Source of the DNA: Candidatus Omnitrophota bacterium
GTDB taxonomy: Bacteria; Omnitrophota; Gorgyraeia; Zapsychrales; JANLHA01
Length of the DNA: 64,000 nucleotides
NCBI GenBank assembly: GCA_029560465.1
Contig: JAKQKX010000062.1
Location: forward strand, 3,836 to 67,835
Reading direction: 5' to 3'
Shown: one piece after another, positions 1 through 9,155 of the stretch
Position numbering within the stretch: position 1 is the stretch's first letter
Layout of the letters: every line of letters begins with the position of its first letter
Position numbers and translations under genes: made by a program
The notes under the pieces: generated by a model
The model's input: only the letters and a program-made list of their open reading frames with translations
Databases searched by the model: none
Told to the model about the DNA's origin: nothing

Positions 1-318
1 CGTCGGCCTGTTCGCCGGGTTGCTTTTTCTCCTTTTTTTGCTGAGTAACGCTTTCTTTTGGATTGCCGAAAGGGACACCACCTTGTCTCGTTTGATTTTG
101 CACTTTTTCCCGCTGGCGACCATTGCCATTGTTTTATCCCCGGGGCCTCAATCCGGCACGGGCAAAGCCGAGTAAAGGAGTGGGGTGCGGTGGGTGTGTT
201 GCCAAGGATAAGAATTTGTGGTATATTTATAACAACTACGGTCGTATAAGGTTTTAACCTACCTGTTTCTACCTTTATACGCATCGTCCAGTTAAAAAAA
301 CCAGTTACTCATCACGAA

Positions 319-348
319 GCCGGAGAACCCTGTTCTCCGGCTTTTTTT
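319..348 (+). terminator. Rho-independent terminator-like hairpin (gccggagaa..ttctccggc) followed by T7 run
   Basis: Perfect 9-bp inverted repeat at 319-341 followed by ttttttt; seen directly in sequence. Confidence 0.45.
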
Positions 349-514
349 GTAATCCAGTTAATCCCAGACAGTATTGTCCTTTGTTCAGAAAACAGTCCCG
401 GCATCATTGGGTGTCTCAGGGCGGGGGAGAGGACGGGAAGCGTCCGGATATTTTGGATAAATATGGGCAGGCCTGCGGAGTTGGTGTGAGGCTTGGCAGT
501 GAGGCTGATATCGC

Positions 515-543
515 TTGCAAATATCGTGGCTTAGTAGTAAAAT
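515..543 (+). promoter_or_regulatory. Candidate sigma70-type promoter (TTGCAA - 17 nt - TAAAAT)
   Basis: -35 TTGCAA 515-520, 17-nt spacer, -10 TAAAAT 538-543; would drive a ~90-nt transcript containing a 10-codon mini-ORF (576-608, MIVKLRNISK, SD aaggggg) ending at the 612-639 terminator. Confidence 0.3.
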
Positions 544-611
544 AAAAACAACTATTACAAGGGGGTAATAGCGATATGATTGTCAAGCTAAGAAATATTT
601 CGAAATAAAAA

Positions 612-639
612 GGCAACCCGGGATCGGGTTGCCTTTTTT
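612..639. terminator. Intrinsic terminator hairpin (ggcaaccc gggatc gggttgcc) flanked by A-run 5' and T-run 3' (bidirectional)
   Basis: 8-bp GC-rich inverted repeat followed by tttttt, preceded by aaaaa; lies 35 nt upstream of cheD-like start. Confidence 0.5.
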
Positions 640-674
640 CTTTTGGGGCAGTTTGTTCTTGGAACAAAGGAGGT

Positions 675-1127
675 ATGATGAAAAGAGTAATTGATGTTCA
701 TCGAGGGGAGATTATGGTCGGGCAGGGGGAAGTGGTTTTGGAGTCGGATACAAACGGGGCTTGCCTGGTGATCCTGGCTTATGACGCGAGCCACAAGATA
801 GGGGGCCTGGCGCACGCATTATATTTTTCCGGCCGTATTGATAGACAATGGCATTCTTCCACCCTGCGCAATGCGTCGGATGCGATCGAGGCGATGATAG
901 AAGATATGGTCATGATCGGAGCAGACATAGATAATATTGAGGTGGCTTTGGTGTCGGGCGAAAATGTCTTCCACGATGAAAAAGATCCTGAATATTTAAA
1001 AAACCTGAATTCAACGATCGAAATTTTGAAAGAAAAGAATATCAGGTTGCGGAAAGATTCATGCCAGGACATCGGTCCGCACCATGTTGCCCTTGATGTC
1101 GAATCAGGAGAGGTCGTCTACAAATAA
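675..1127 (+). CDS. cheD: Chemoreceptor glutamine deamidase CheD-like
   Basis: 150 aa; N-terminal pattern VIDVHRGEI..VL.SD.NGACLVILAYD..HKIGGLAHAL matches CheD family signature (GSCV...YD...KVGGMAH); strong SD aaggagg 6 nt upstream. Confidence 0.6.
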   Translation: MMKRVIDVHRGEIMVGQGEVVLESDTNGACLVILAYDASHKIGGLAHALYFSGRIDRQWHSSTLRNASDAIEAMIEDMVMIGADIDNIEVALVSGENVFHDEKDPEYLKNLNSTIEILKEKNIRLRKDSCQDIGPHHVALDVESGEVVYK

Positions 1128-1235
1128 TTCTCCATAGCTTTTTGGGCTTCGACGTCCGGACATCTTTTTGCCGTTTGCGTAAGAGAAAAGAAATTTTTTA
1201 TTCATATTTATCAATAAGAAAACAGGGAAAGCCAT

Positions 1236-3182
1236 ATGGAAGCTAAATTAAAACGCAATCTTACCTTGGTGGGGCATGCGCAAAGTGGAAAAACGACTTT
1301 AGCGGAAAGTATCCTTTTCTTTTGTAAAGCCACGACGAGAAAAGGAGATGTCATGCAGGGCAGCACGGTCAGTGATTATAACGAGGACGAACAGGACCGT
1401 AAAATTTCGATTAACGCGAGTTTCCTGAAGGCGGACCACAAAGGTCATCAGATCCAGATGATTGATACCCCGGGATATATGGATTTTGTTGGAGAAACCG
1501 TAGCGGCTTTGCGGGCTACGGATGCCGCCATATTAGTGGTGGACGCGGTTAACGGGGTTGAGGTTGGCACAGAGGATGTTTGGGACCGGCTTAATGAGAT
1601 GGGGCTCCCGAGGATTATATTTATTAATAAAATTGATAAAGGCGAAGCCAAGAGTGATACAGTGATCGCGGCGATTCAGGAGCAGTTGTCCAATAAGGCG
1701 GTGAAGGTTGACCTGGAATCATCAGATTTTATTGAGGCGATTGCGGAGAGCGACGATAAACTCCTGGAAAAGTATCTTGAGACAGGGGCGTTATCCCCTG
1801 AGGATATTAAAAGGGTTTTACGGCAGGCGGTCGTCCAAGCGAAGATTTTTCCAATCATTTGTGGCAGCGCTTTGAATGATACCGGCGTTGAGGCATTGCT
1901 GGACGCGGTTGTTGCGTATCTCCCGTCCCCGTTGGAACGGCCGGCTTTAAAAGCCAAGATGGCGGATTCTGAAGAAGAAAAAGAGCTTGTCCCCGAGGAA
2001 GAGGGCACTTTCTCCGGGTTTGTTTTCAAATCTTTGTTTGATCCGCATCTCGGGCAATTGTCGCTGATGCGGGTCGTCAGCGGAACATTGCTGGCAAACA
2101 CGGATTATTATAATAGTAACAGAAAAAGCAAGGAGCATATCAGCACGATCAGCCTTTTGCAGGGCAAGGAGCAGATTAAAATCCCTCAGGCGAATTGCGG
2201 TGATATTGTGGCTTTGCCGAAATTAAAAAACAGCCATGTCTCGGACAGCTTGAGTTCTTCGAATGCCCACGTTGTCTTCCACCCGATCACGTTTCCAGCC
2301 CCCTCATTGTCGGCGTCCATTAAGCCGAAGACGAGGGCGGACGAGGAAAAGATTTCCACGTGTTTAACCCGCATGTGCGAGGAAGATCATACGCTTCAGG
2401 TTGAGCGCGATACTGAGACAAAAGAAATGCTTATTTCCGGGATGGGCGACCTTCACCTGAAGATTATTTTGGACCGGATGAAGAGCCGGTATAATCTCGA
2501 GGTGGATTTGGGAACGCCGAAAATCCGTTATCGGGAAACCATCACTAAAACCGCCAGATACCGGTACAAATATAAAAAGCAATCCGGTGGCCGGGGGCAG
2601 TATGGAGACGTAGACCTGGAAGTGGCGCCTCTTCCCCGTGACGGGGAGGAGTATGAATTCGTCAATAAAATATTTGGCGGAGCCATACCGAAAAATTATA
2701 TCCCATCGGTTGAGAAAGGCGTCAAGCAGACCATAGAAGAAGGGGCCCTGTCTAAATCCCCGATTATCAATATCCAGGTCAGCCTGATGGACGGGTCTTT
2801 TCACGCGGTCGATTCTTCTGATATGGCTTTTCAGATTGCCGGAGCCATGGCCTTGAAGGAAGCCGTCAAACAGGCCGGGCCCATTCTGCTTGAACCTATC
2901 ATGGAAGTCACGATTGTTATTCCAAGCGATTTTATCGGCCAGATTTCTGGTGATATCAGTTCCCGGCGGGGGCGGATCCTCGGCGAAGAGCCTAAGGGGA
3001 AGCATGAGGCGATCATCGCCCATATTCCGCAATCGGAAATGTTTAAATATGCGACGGACTTGCGCTCCATGACTGGCGGCCGGGGCACGTACGCGATGAC
3101 TTTTTCGCATTATGAGCAGGCGCCGGCTAAAATTACAGACCGGGTTGTGGAGGAACGGAATAAGCAGGACGAGAAAGAATAA
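1236..3182 (+). CDS. Elongation factor G family GTPase (EF-G paralog / EF-G2-like)
   Basis: 648 aa; G1 GHAQSGKTT, G3 DTPGYMDF, G4 NKID, domain IV/V-like C-terminus; G1 diverges from canonical AHVDAGKTT. Confidence 0.8.
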   Translation: MEAKLKRNLTLVGHAQSGKTTLAESILFFCKATTRKGDVMQGSTVSDYNEDEQDRKISINASFLKADHKGHQIQMIDTPGYMDFVGETVAALRATDAAILVVDAVNGVEVGTEDVWDRLNEMGLPRIIFINKIDKGEAKSDTVIAAIQEQLSNKAVKVDLESSDFIEAIAESDDKLLEKYLETGALSPEDIKRVLRQAVVQAKIFPIICGSALNDTGVEALLDAVVAYLPSPLERPALKAKMADSEEEKELVPEEEGTFSGFVFKSLFDPHLGQLSLMRVVSGTLLANTDYYNSNRKSKEHISTISLLQGKEQIKIPQANCGDIVALPKLKNSHVSDSLSSSNAHVVFHPITFPAPSLSASIKPKTRADEEKISTCLTRMCEEDHTLQVERDTETKEMLISGMGDLHLKIILDRMKSRYNLEVDLGTPKIRYRETITKTARYRYKYKKQSGGRGQYGDVDLEVAPLPRDGEEYEFVNKIFGGAIPKNYIPSVEKGVKQTIEEGALSKSPIINIQVSLMDGSFHAVDSSDMAFQIAGAMALKEAVKQAGPILLEPIMEVTIVIPSDFIGQISGDISSRRGRILGEEPKGKHEAIIAHIPQSEMFKYATDLRSMTGGRGTYAMTFSHYEQAPAKITDRVVEERNKQDEKE

Positions 3183-3202
3183 GATGTGGTTGCTTTTTTC
3201 AG

Positions 3203-3236
3203 GAAGCAAAGAGCCCCCCGCTCTTTGCTTCTTTTT
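3203..3236 (+). terminator. Rho-independent terminator after EF-G-like gene
   Basis: gaagcaaagagc-ccccc-gctctttgcttc hairpin followed by ttttt, 20 nt after stop. Confidence 0.6.
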
Positions 3237-3337
3237 ATTGGGAATTTTTTCGTGAATACCCTTGCGTCAGGGATTCTTGGTGTTTAATATGAAGTTTATA
3301 CGATCGTTTTATGCGGATAGATGAAGGGGGGAGGGAG

Positions 3338-3691
3338 ATGGAAGAAAATATGAAGAGCCGGATCAAAACGGCGGAGATTATTTCCTTGTCTTTTTTAGCT
3401 TTTTTCATTCTACTGTGTCTTCTGGAATTGTTTGTGTACCAAGTCATGCATATCGCTTTTATTTTATGTACAGGGGTGTTGTTCTTCAGCAGTGCGGCTG
3501 TATTTGGAATCGATGAAAGAAATTTAAAATGGCAGGTCAGTGTCTGGTCCGGGACCATGAAGATTTTTATGCTGTTATTTTTTGTGTTTGTGACGATCAT
3601 TTCGGCGGACCTTTTGAATGTCGCGCAGGAAACCCAATCGGGGCGTCTGAACATAAAAGCGATTCACGCCTCTTGGAGGGCGCGCCGTTGA
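3338..3691 (+). CDS. Small hypothetical membrane protein (two to three hydrophobic helices)
   Basis: ORF with hydrophobic segments; no recognisable family; weak support. Confidence 0.3.
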   Translation: MEENMKSRIKTAEIISLSFLAFFILLCLLELFVYQVMHIAFILCTGVLFFSSAAVFGIDERNLKWQVSVWSGTMKIFMLLFFVFVTIISADLLNVAQETQSGRLNIKAIHASWRARR

Positions 3692-3701
3692 AGGCGCGGG
3701 G

Positions 3702-4658
3702 TTAGAGTTCCCGTTCCAGGAATTTGATCATGCGGTAAACGACGGCATTGACGGGAACGGGGATGTTATGCCGGCGGGCGAGCTGGATCACAATCCCGTT
3801 CAGCGCGTCGATTTCGGTCTTTTTCCCAGACTTGAGGTCCTGCCATGTGGATGAGTGGTGGCTGGCGGTGAGAGGGAGGAGCGTCGCGTAAAAGATGTCC
3901 CGGTAGTCCTCGCTTGTCCGCCAGTGGGTTTCATGTCCGGTGGCGACCATGACCTGGAACACTTCAGTGATAATGGCGTCGCATAATTCTCGGGACAGGG
4001 AGGATTGTCCCAATTCTCCGTAAGTCACATTTAGGATCGCCCCCAGGGGATTCAAGGCGCAATTATAGAGCATTTTTGCCCAGAGGTCTTTGGCTATGGC
4101 ATCGGTCGTTTGGGCCGGGATGCCTCCTTCGGAGATTTTTCGGCACAAGGGCTCGATGGATAGCGTGTCCCCTCCCGCCAGGCACCCGATATGAATAGCG
4201 TCGGCATGTACGGTGATATCCACGACGTTGGGTTGCTGCCGTACAAAACCGGTGATAACGCGTGCGTTGAAAATCCGGGCGGCGTTGAAATAGGCGGTGA
4301 AGTGTTCGGTGTTCCCCCAGCCGTTTTGAAACAGGACAATGGCCGTCCCGGGGTGAAAAAGTTCCGGATGATTATGCAAGTCCCGGGCCGCCTCGGCGGA
4401 ATCAAAGGACTTGGTCGATACTAGGATGACGTCGTAAGCTCCCGGAGGGAGGCCGTCCAGGGATGGGTACGCCCGGAACCGTTCGGGAGACCACTGGACG
4501 GAGCCCAAAATACCTTTTCTTTTTAGCCCGGCCGCTGTTAATGCTTTGACTGTTTCTGGCCGGGCCAGGATGTCGAGGTGACAGCCCGTCTTTATCAGGC
4601 AGGAATCTATCCCAAGCCCGACGGCCCCTGCGCCGTAATTCAGAATGCGCATAGTCAC
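3702..4658 (-). CDS. panE: 2-dehydropantoate 2-reductase (ketopantoate reductase, PanE/ApbA family)
   Basis: 318 aa; N-terminal Rossmann ILNYGAGAVG, central FQNGWGN motif typical of ApbA/PanE family. Confidence 0.75.
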   Translation of the reverse strand: MTMRILNYGAGAVGLGIDSCLIKTGCHLDILARPETVKALTAAGLKRKGILGSVQWSPERFRAYPSLDGLPPGAYDVILVSTKSFDSAEAARDLHNHPELFHPGTAIVLFQNGWGNTEHFTAYFNAARIFNARVITGFVRQQPNVVDITVHADAIHIGCLAGGDTLSIEPLCRKISEGGIPAQTTDAIAKDLWAKMLYNCALNPLGAILNVTYGELGQSSLSRELCDAIITEVFQVMVATGHETHWRTSEDYRDIFYATLLPLTASHHSSTWQDLKSGKKTEIDALNGIVIQLARRHNIPVPVNAVVYRMIKFLEREL

Positions 4659-4973
4659 TCCTTTGGGGTGGCTGTGTTTTTTTGTGTTTTGGAATAACAG
4701 AAATTTTATTATAACCGATGATCAGGGCTGTGGCAATGAATGGGGTGATTGCGTTGTGGCGTGAGGTGGAAGGCCGCTTCGGCCTAAACGTCATGATAAC
4801 CTTGCTGCGATAAAGGGCTTCGCCTTGGGCCCAGGGGGAACAAGAGCGCGGTGCGTTTGAAAAGGAATTACACTTTGAAGCTTGACCGCCTCTTGCTCCT
4901 ATGGAACAATAGGCCCTATAGAAGCGGAGCCGGACAATATCAATAAAAACAGCGTGTTTATTATTTCAGGGCC

Positions 4974-6341
4974 TTGAATTCAATGGAAATGGTTTGTTTT
5001 GTTTCATTATTATTTTTGTTCCTGTTGCGCGCGGTCGGGTACGGCATTAATAGGAATAAACTGTTCCGCAGGATCTTTTTGCCGTCGTCCATTACCAGCG
5101 GGTTGCTGGGGCTTGTCATTATCCAGGCGTTCGGCCGGTTTATCCCGCCGGTGTGCACTCGGGGTTGGGACATTTATCCGATGGTGCTGATCAATGTCGT
5201 TTTTGCGGCTTTGTTTATGAGTTTTACGCTGCCGTCATTGTCTCCCGGCAATATTTGGAAGTATTGCGGCCCGCAGTTGCTTTATGGACAGGTCGTGGCC
5301 TGGGGCCAATATGTTGTGGGGCTGGGGCTTTCATGGTTTGTGCTGGCCCCGGTGTTTTCGACTCCGCCTTATCTTGGCATCATCATCCCGTTGGGTTTTG
5401 AAGGGGGACACGGGACGACTGCGGCGTTGCACTCTACATTTAATGCCCTTCATTGGGAGCAGGGCGCGGATTACAGTTTCGCGGCAGCCACGGTTGGGAT
5501 TATATCAGCGCTGCTCATCGGCATGGCCCTTATCAATTGGGCGGTTGCCCATGGCCACACGAAAATATTGAAGCATAGGGAGGACGTGCTTTTCGCAAAG
5601 GATCAGTTGACGGGGGGAGACGAGGAAGGTGCGGCGGCCCAGCCGTTTTCTTTCCAGTCCGTGCGTTCTTTCGTCATGCAGCTGTTTTTAGTCGGGTTGG
5701 CGATCCTGGCGGGCTTTTTCCTGAAGAAGGGGTTCCTGTGGCTCGTGTCAGGGATCCCTTTCCCGGAGAAGAAAAGTTTCTTCCCTATCCTTCCTTTGGC
5801 GCCGTTCAGCATTCTAGGATCTATTTTATTTTCTTATGTGTTAAAATTTTATATGCCAAGTTTCCAGGTTCAGCCGCGGACCATGCAGCGTATCTCCGGG
5901 ATGGCTTTGGATTATCTCATCATTTCCGCCGTGACCATGTTGAACCTTAAGTCCCTTGTGACGGACTTTGTGCCTTTTTTCATTCTCGTGGCGGCGGTGG
6001 CGGTTTGGAATATTTTCTGCGTCGTGTGGCTGGCCCGGCGGCTTTTACCTGACGCGTGGTTTGAACGGGCCACGGTCCAGATGGGGCAGTCCATGGGTGT
6101 CACCGCGACAGGACTGCTTCTTTTAAGGGTGGTCGATCCCCGCATGGAAACCAAAGCCCTGTCCGCTTTTGGATATAAACAATTGATTCATGAACCATTG
6201 ATGGGAGGCGGCCTTTGGCCGTTTATTGCTGTGCCATTGGCGGTGGTGTACGGCCCCGCGGTCGTGTTTTTTATCAGCGTCGGTGTTATGTTGGTCTGGC
6301 TCCTGGTGTGGAGGGTCGCTTTTAGGGGCCGGGTGGTTTGA
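4974..6341 (+). CDS. gltS: Sodium/glutamate symporter GltS-like polytopic membrane transporter
   Basis: 455 aa, >10 hydrophobic helices; GFEGGHGTTAAL resembles GltS TLSGGHGTGAAW motif; second repeat with MLNLKS. Confidence 0.55.
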   Translation: MNSMEMVCFVSLLFLFLLRAVGYGINRNKLFRRIFLPSSITSGLLGLVIIQAFGRFIPPVCTRGWDIYPMVLINVVFAALFMSFTLPSLSPGNIWKYCGPQLLYGQVVAWGQYVVGLGLSWFVLAPVFSTPPYLGIIIPLGFEGGHGTTAALHSTFNALHWEQGADYSFAAATVGIISALLIGMALINWAVAHGHTKILKHREDVLFAKDQLTGGDEEGAAAQPFSFQSVRSFVMQLFLVGLAILAGFFLKKGFLWLVSGIPFPEKKSFFPILPLAPFSILGSILFSYVLKFYMPSFQVQPRTMQRISGMALDYLIISAVTMLNLKSLVTDFVPFFILVAAVAVWNIFCVVWLARRLLPDAWFERATVQMGQSMGVTATGLLLLRVVDPRMETKALSAFGYKQLIHEPLMGGGLWPFIAVPLAVVYGPAVVFFISVGVMLVWLLVWRVAFRGRVV

Positions 6342-6455
6342 TTGCTGGGATAAGGAAAATGGAAAAAAGTGTTCCATTCAATGGGAAATTATAAGACAAT
6401 ATTAAGCAAATTATAAAAATTTTTGGACACGGCTTACTGGGGGAAGGAGACGTTG

Positions 6456-6821
6456 ATGTCTAAAAAGATTTTAGTTGTCGAAGATGAAGAAGATATGCTT
6501 TCGGTCATGGACTTGCGTCTGACGTCGACGGGGTACGAAGTTATTCTGGCGGAAAACTGCCAGGAGGCCTTGGAGCGCTTCCGGGAGGCGGTCCCGGATC
6601 TGGTCATGTTGGATATCATGCTTCCGGACGGCAATGGGTTTGATTTATGCAAGAAGATGAAACAGGAAAGTTCTCAACGGGCCAAGATTATCATGTTTAC
6701 GAATAAAGTCGAAGCCATTGACGTGACCCGGGCCCGCCAGTCCGGAGCTGATGATTTCATCGTTAAGACTTCGGATTTGGTTTATATCCTGGACGCCATA
6801 AAAAAAGTTTTGAAAGATTGA
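6456..6821 (+). CDS. Stand-alone response regulator receiver (CheY-like)
   Basis: KKILVVEDEEDM...LVMLDIMLPDGNGFDLCKKMK...KIIMFT..: canonical REC acidic pocket, phospho-acceptor D and T/K positions; SD ggaaggag. Confidence 0.8.
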   Translation: MSKKILVVEDEEDMLSVMDLRLTSTGYEVILAENCQEALERFREAVPDLVMLDIMLPDGNGFDLCKKMKQESSQRAKIIMFTNKVEAIDVTRARQSGADDFIVKTSDLVYILDAIKKVLKD

Positions 6822-6925
6822 TTCTTTGATTCCCCGGCAAGTGTATGTCCGCGCGTGGTTAAAACGATGAACCGCACTGCAGGAAAGCGTTGCCATCCAA
6901 ACCCTGACGGATCATTCCCGCGAAT

Positions 6926-7816
6926 TTATTTGGCGTTAAATTGACAGTTAGCTTTTGATGCCGGATCAGCCGGTTGTTCGCAGTGCATCAGAGGTCTTGA
7001 ATACCCTTCATAATAGACGTCGGCGAGGATGACGGGGGCTTTGGTTTGCCATTCGGCTGCCAGTTTAACGAGCTGGTCCTCCGCCAGGGGCTGCACGGCT
7101 TTGATAGAGATGTTTGAAGGAACGGTAAATTTGTAAGAAACAAATTTATCTCTTTTATATTGAAGGCGCTCCGCGATCATTTTCGTCCCGGCGTCTTTTT
7201 CGTTGCCTAATGTGAAGTTGTATTCCCATTTTCCATATTTTTCCCAGTTCCAGCGCAAGGTCGCGATAGGGTTGTGTACTTCCGGGTCCTGTTTTTCAGA
7301 ATAGAAGAAGAAGCGGGCTTCTTCCAAGAAAGCGTTTGCGGCTTTTTGTTCATCATAGGCCTGCTGGGCAGCTATCTTGATGATTTTACTGGTGGATCCT
7401 TCGGGGACCTGGAGGGTAATATCTTTGCGTTTGAAGCTTTTGGGTTCAACGGATTGTACTTTTAAGATTTTATACGGGACGCGTTTCACCGGCCGGGTTG
7501 CGGAAGTTTTTATCCAGACAAAAAAAGAAACCGAAAGGATAAACAGTCCAACGATAACCCAATGCACCAATAGCCGGGTTGGGCAGGATTCCCGCTGGCG
7601 GCAGGATGATGGTTCTTCCTCGCCCCTCGCTCCGCCGGCGGGCTGCTTAAGCCCCCGAGATGCGGAGGGTTGCGGCCCCCCGGGCTTGGTCAGGGAAATG
7701 ACAACCAGCCCTCGTGATTCCAGCTCGTCCAGAGCTTTATTCTGGTTCACGGCCTCTATTTCGCCGTCTTCATATTCTCCAGAGATTTTTTTGGCATGAA
7801 ACTGGAAGCGTTCCAT
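6926..7816 (-). CDS. Hypothetical bitopic protein with GspF/PilC N-terminal-like cytoplasmic motif, one TM helix and a periplasmic domain
   Basis: N-terminus FQFHAKKISGEYEDGEIEAVNQNKALDELESRGLVVISL fits T2SS-F N-terminal signature (F.Y.A.D..G...G.IEA.S...A...L...GL.PI.V); TM HWVIVGLFILSVSFFVWI. Confidence 0.45.
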   Translation of the reverse strand: MERFQFHAKKISGEYEDGEIEAVNQNKALDELESRGLVVISLTKPGGPQPSASRGLKQPAGGARGEEEPSSCRQRESCPTRLLVHWVIVGLFILSVSFFVWIKTSATRPVKRVPYKILKVQSVEPKSFKRKDITLQVPEGSTSKIIKIAAQQAYDEQKAANAFLEEARFFFYSEKQDPEVHNPIATLRWNWEKYGKWEYNFTLGNEKDAGTKMIAERLQYKRDKFVSYKFTVPSNISIKAVQPLAEDQLVKLAAEWQTKAPVILADVYYEGYSRPLMHCEQPADPASKANCQFNAK

Positions 7817-8044
7817 AATAGACTCGATACGTTATATCCCGGCCGGTGCCTGGGAGCATGATGGCGGGGCTTTAAAGTTGTAGAATGATTTAAATATTTT
7901 TTAGCACTTTTTTCGCCTGTATGCAAACGTGTTTTAAGTTAAAATAGGGTGTTTCCCGGCACGCTGTTTCTCCCGGCGTTGAAACATTCTTGAAGTAGAA
8001 ACATGGTTGTTTAGAAAGAGCGCAGAAAGGAGCGCTGCTTGCTG

Positions 8045-8986
8045 ATGGGTAAGTCTTTCCCGCCGTTATTCGTAGACCGGCTTCGCTTGATTTTGCCTTC
8101 GGGGGAACACGCGGACGTGTTATCGCATTTTTCCTCGCCTTCCGCTTTGAGCGCGCGCATTAACACCCTGAAGATAGGCCGGGACGCGTGTTGGGCTGCC
8201 CTGAAAGAGCGCGGTATCCGTTTTCAGGAGGTCCTCTGGTGGCCATTGGCGTTGATCCTTGATCCGGCGTCCTTTGAACTTGTAAGGGCGTCAGGATATT
8301 TTGAACGCGGCTGGCTGTACAGGCAAAATTTGTCCAGCATGCTTCCCGCGCTCGCGTTAAATCCTCAATCAGGAGAGCGGATCCTGGATATGTGCGCCGC
8401 GCCGGGCAGCAAGACGACCCAGATAGCGGCTCTCATGGAGGGGCGCGGCACCATTGTTGCCGTGGAAGCGGTGCGTTCCCGGTTTTATAAATTGAAGACA
8501 GTGGCCGACGGACTTGGAGCTGGGAATATCACGTACTGCTGTTTGGATGCCAGGCGGTTTCGCAGCAAGGACGCCCTTTTTGATAAAATTTTGGTAGACG
8601 TCCCGTGCAGCTGTGAGGCCCGTTTTAGATTTTCGGATCCTAAAACGTACGCGTTCTGGAGCCCGCGTAAAATTAAAGAGATGGTTCGAAAGCAGCGCGG
8701 GATTATATTGGCGGCTAGCCGCCTTTTAACCCCGGGTGGGGTCCTTGTGTACGCCACCTGCACGTTTGCTCCGGAAGAAAACGAGGGCGTCGTGGACTGG
8801 TTTTTGCGAAAGGCTGAGGGCGGGTGGGACGTGGCCCCCTTGGAATTTCCGGGTGTTGAAACGACTCCGGCCTTGATGCGCTGGGAGGGCCGGGACTTTG
8901 ACCCCCGGGTCGCGCGTTGTTGCCGGATCCTTCCGACGCCAACGATGGAGGGGTTTTTTATGGCGAAAATAACCCGGCTCGGATAG
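8045..8986 (+). CDS. RsmB/NOP2/Sun-family RNA m5C methyltransferase
   Basis: Motifs DMCAAPGSKT (SAM binding), ILVDVPCSCEARF (catalytic Cys), YATCTFAPEENE (second catalytic Cys/ENE). Confidence 0.8.
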   Translation: MGKSFPPLFVDRLRLILPSGEHADVLSHFSSPSALSARINTLKIGRDACWAALKERGIRFQEVLWWPLALILDPASFELVRASGYFERGWLYRQNLSSMLPALALNPQSGERILDMCAAPGSKTTQIAALMEGRGTIVAVEAVRSRFYKLKTVADGLGAGNITYCCLDARRFRSKDALFDKILVDVPCSCEARFRFSDPKTYAFWSPRKIKEMVRKQRGIILAASRLLTPGGVLVYATCTFAPEENEGVVDWFLRKAEGGWDVAPLEFPGVETTPALMRWEGRDFDPRVARCCRILPTPTMEGFFMAKITRLG

Positions 8987-9155
8987 CCCGTTTGAGAGAG
9001 GAACAATGAAGAGAAACGCTGTTTGTATTTGCTGATAAAGGATTGCCGGGGTTACAATAGGGGCGTTGTCTTGAGGCGGCGGGCCTGTGGTTGTTTTTCA
9101 GCGTGGTGCTGGATTTAGAATTTTTCTTATACCGCCGGACAGGAGAAGCGGAATA

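Noticed and set aside
1-249. Possible 3' end of an upstream gene (frame ending TAA at 46-48) and a 63-aa ORF at 58-249
   Set aside because: Too short or partial to call, with no SD or recognisable motif. The region looks like an intergenic leader containing a terminator at 319-348.
2364-3209. 281-aa minus-strand ORF inside the EF-G-like gene. Similar long antisense ORFs occur at 10512-11114, 18105-18916, 24358-25125, 31388-32062, 60115-60606 and 61256-62098.
   Set aside because: Shadow ORFs typical of GC-rich coding DNA. They lack SD sequences, overlap strongly supported + strand genes completely, and show no family signatures.
3673-3700. GC-rich palindrome gcgcgccgttgaaggcgcg downstream of panE (minus strand)
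   Set aside because: It forms a hairpin, but on the minus strand it is not followed by a U-tract, so I did not call a terminator.
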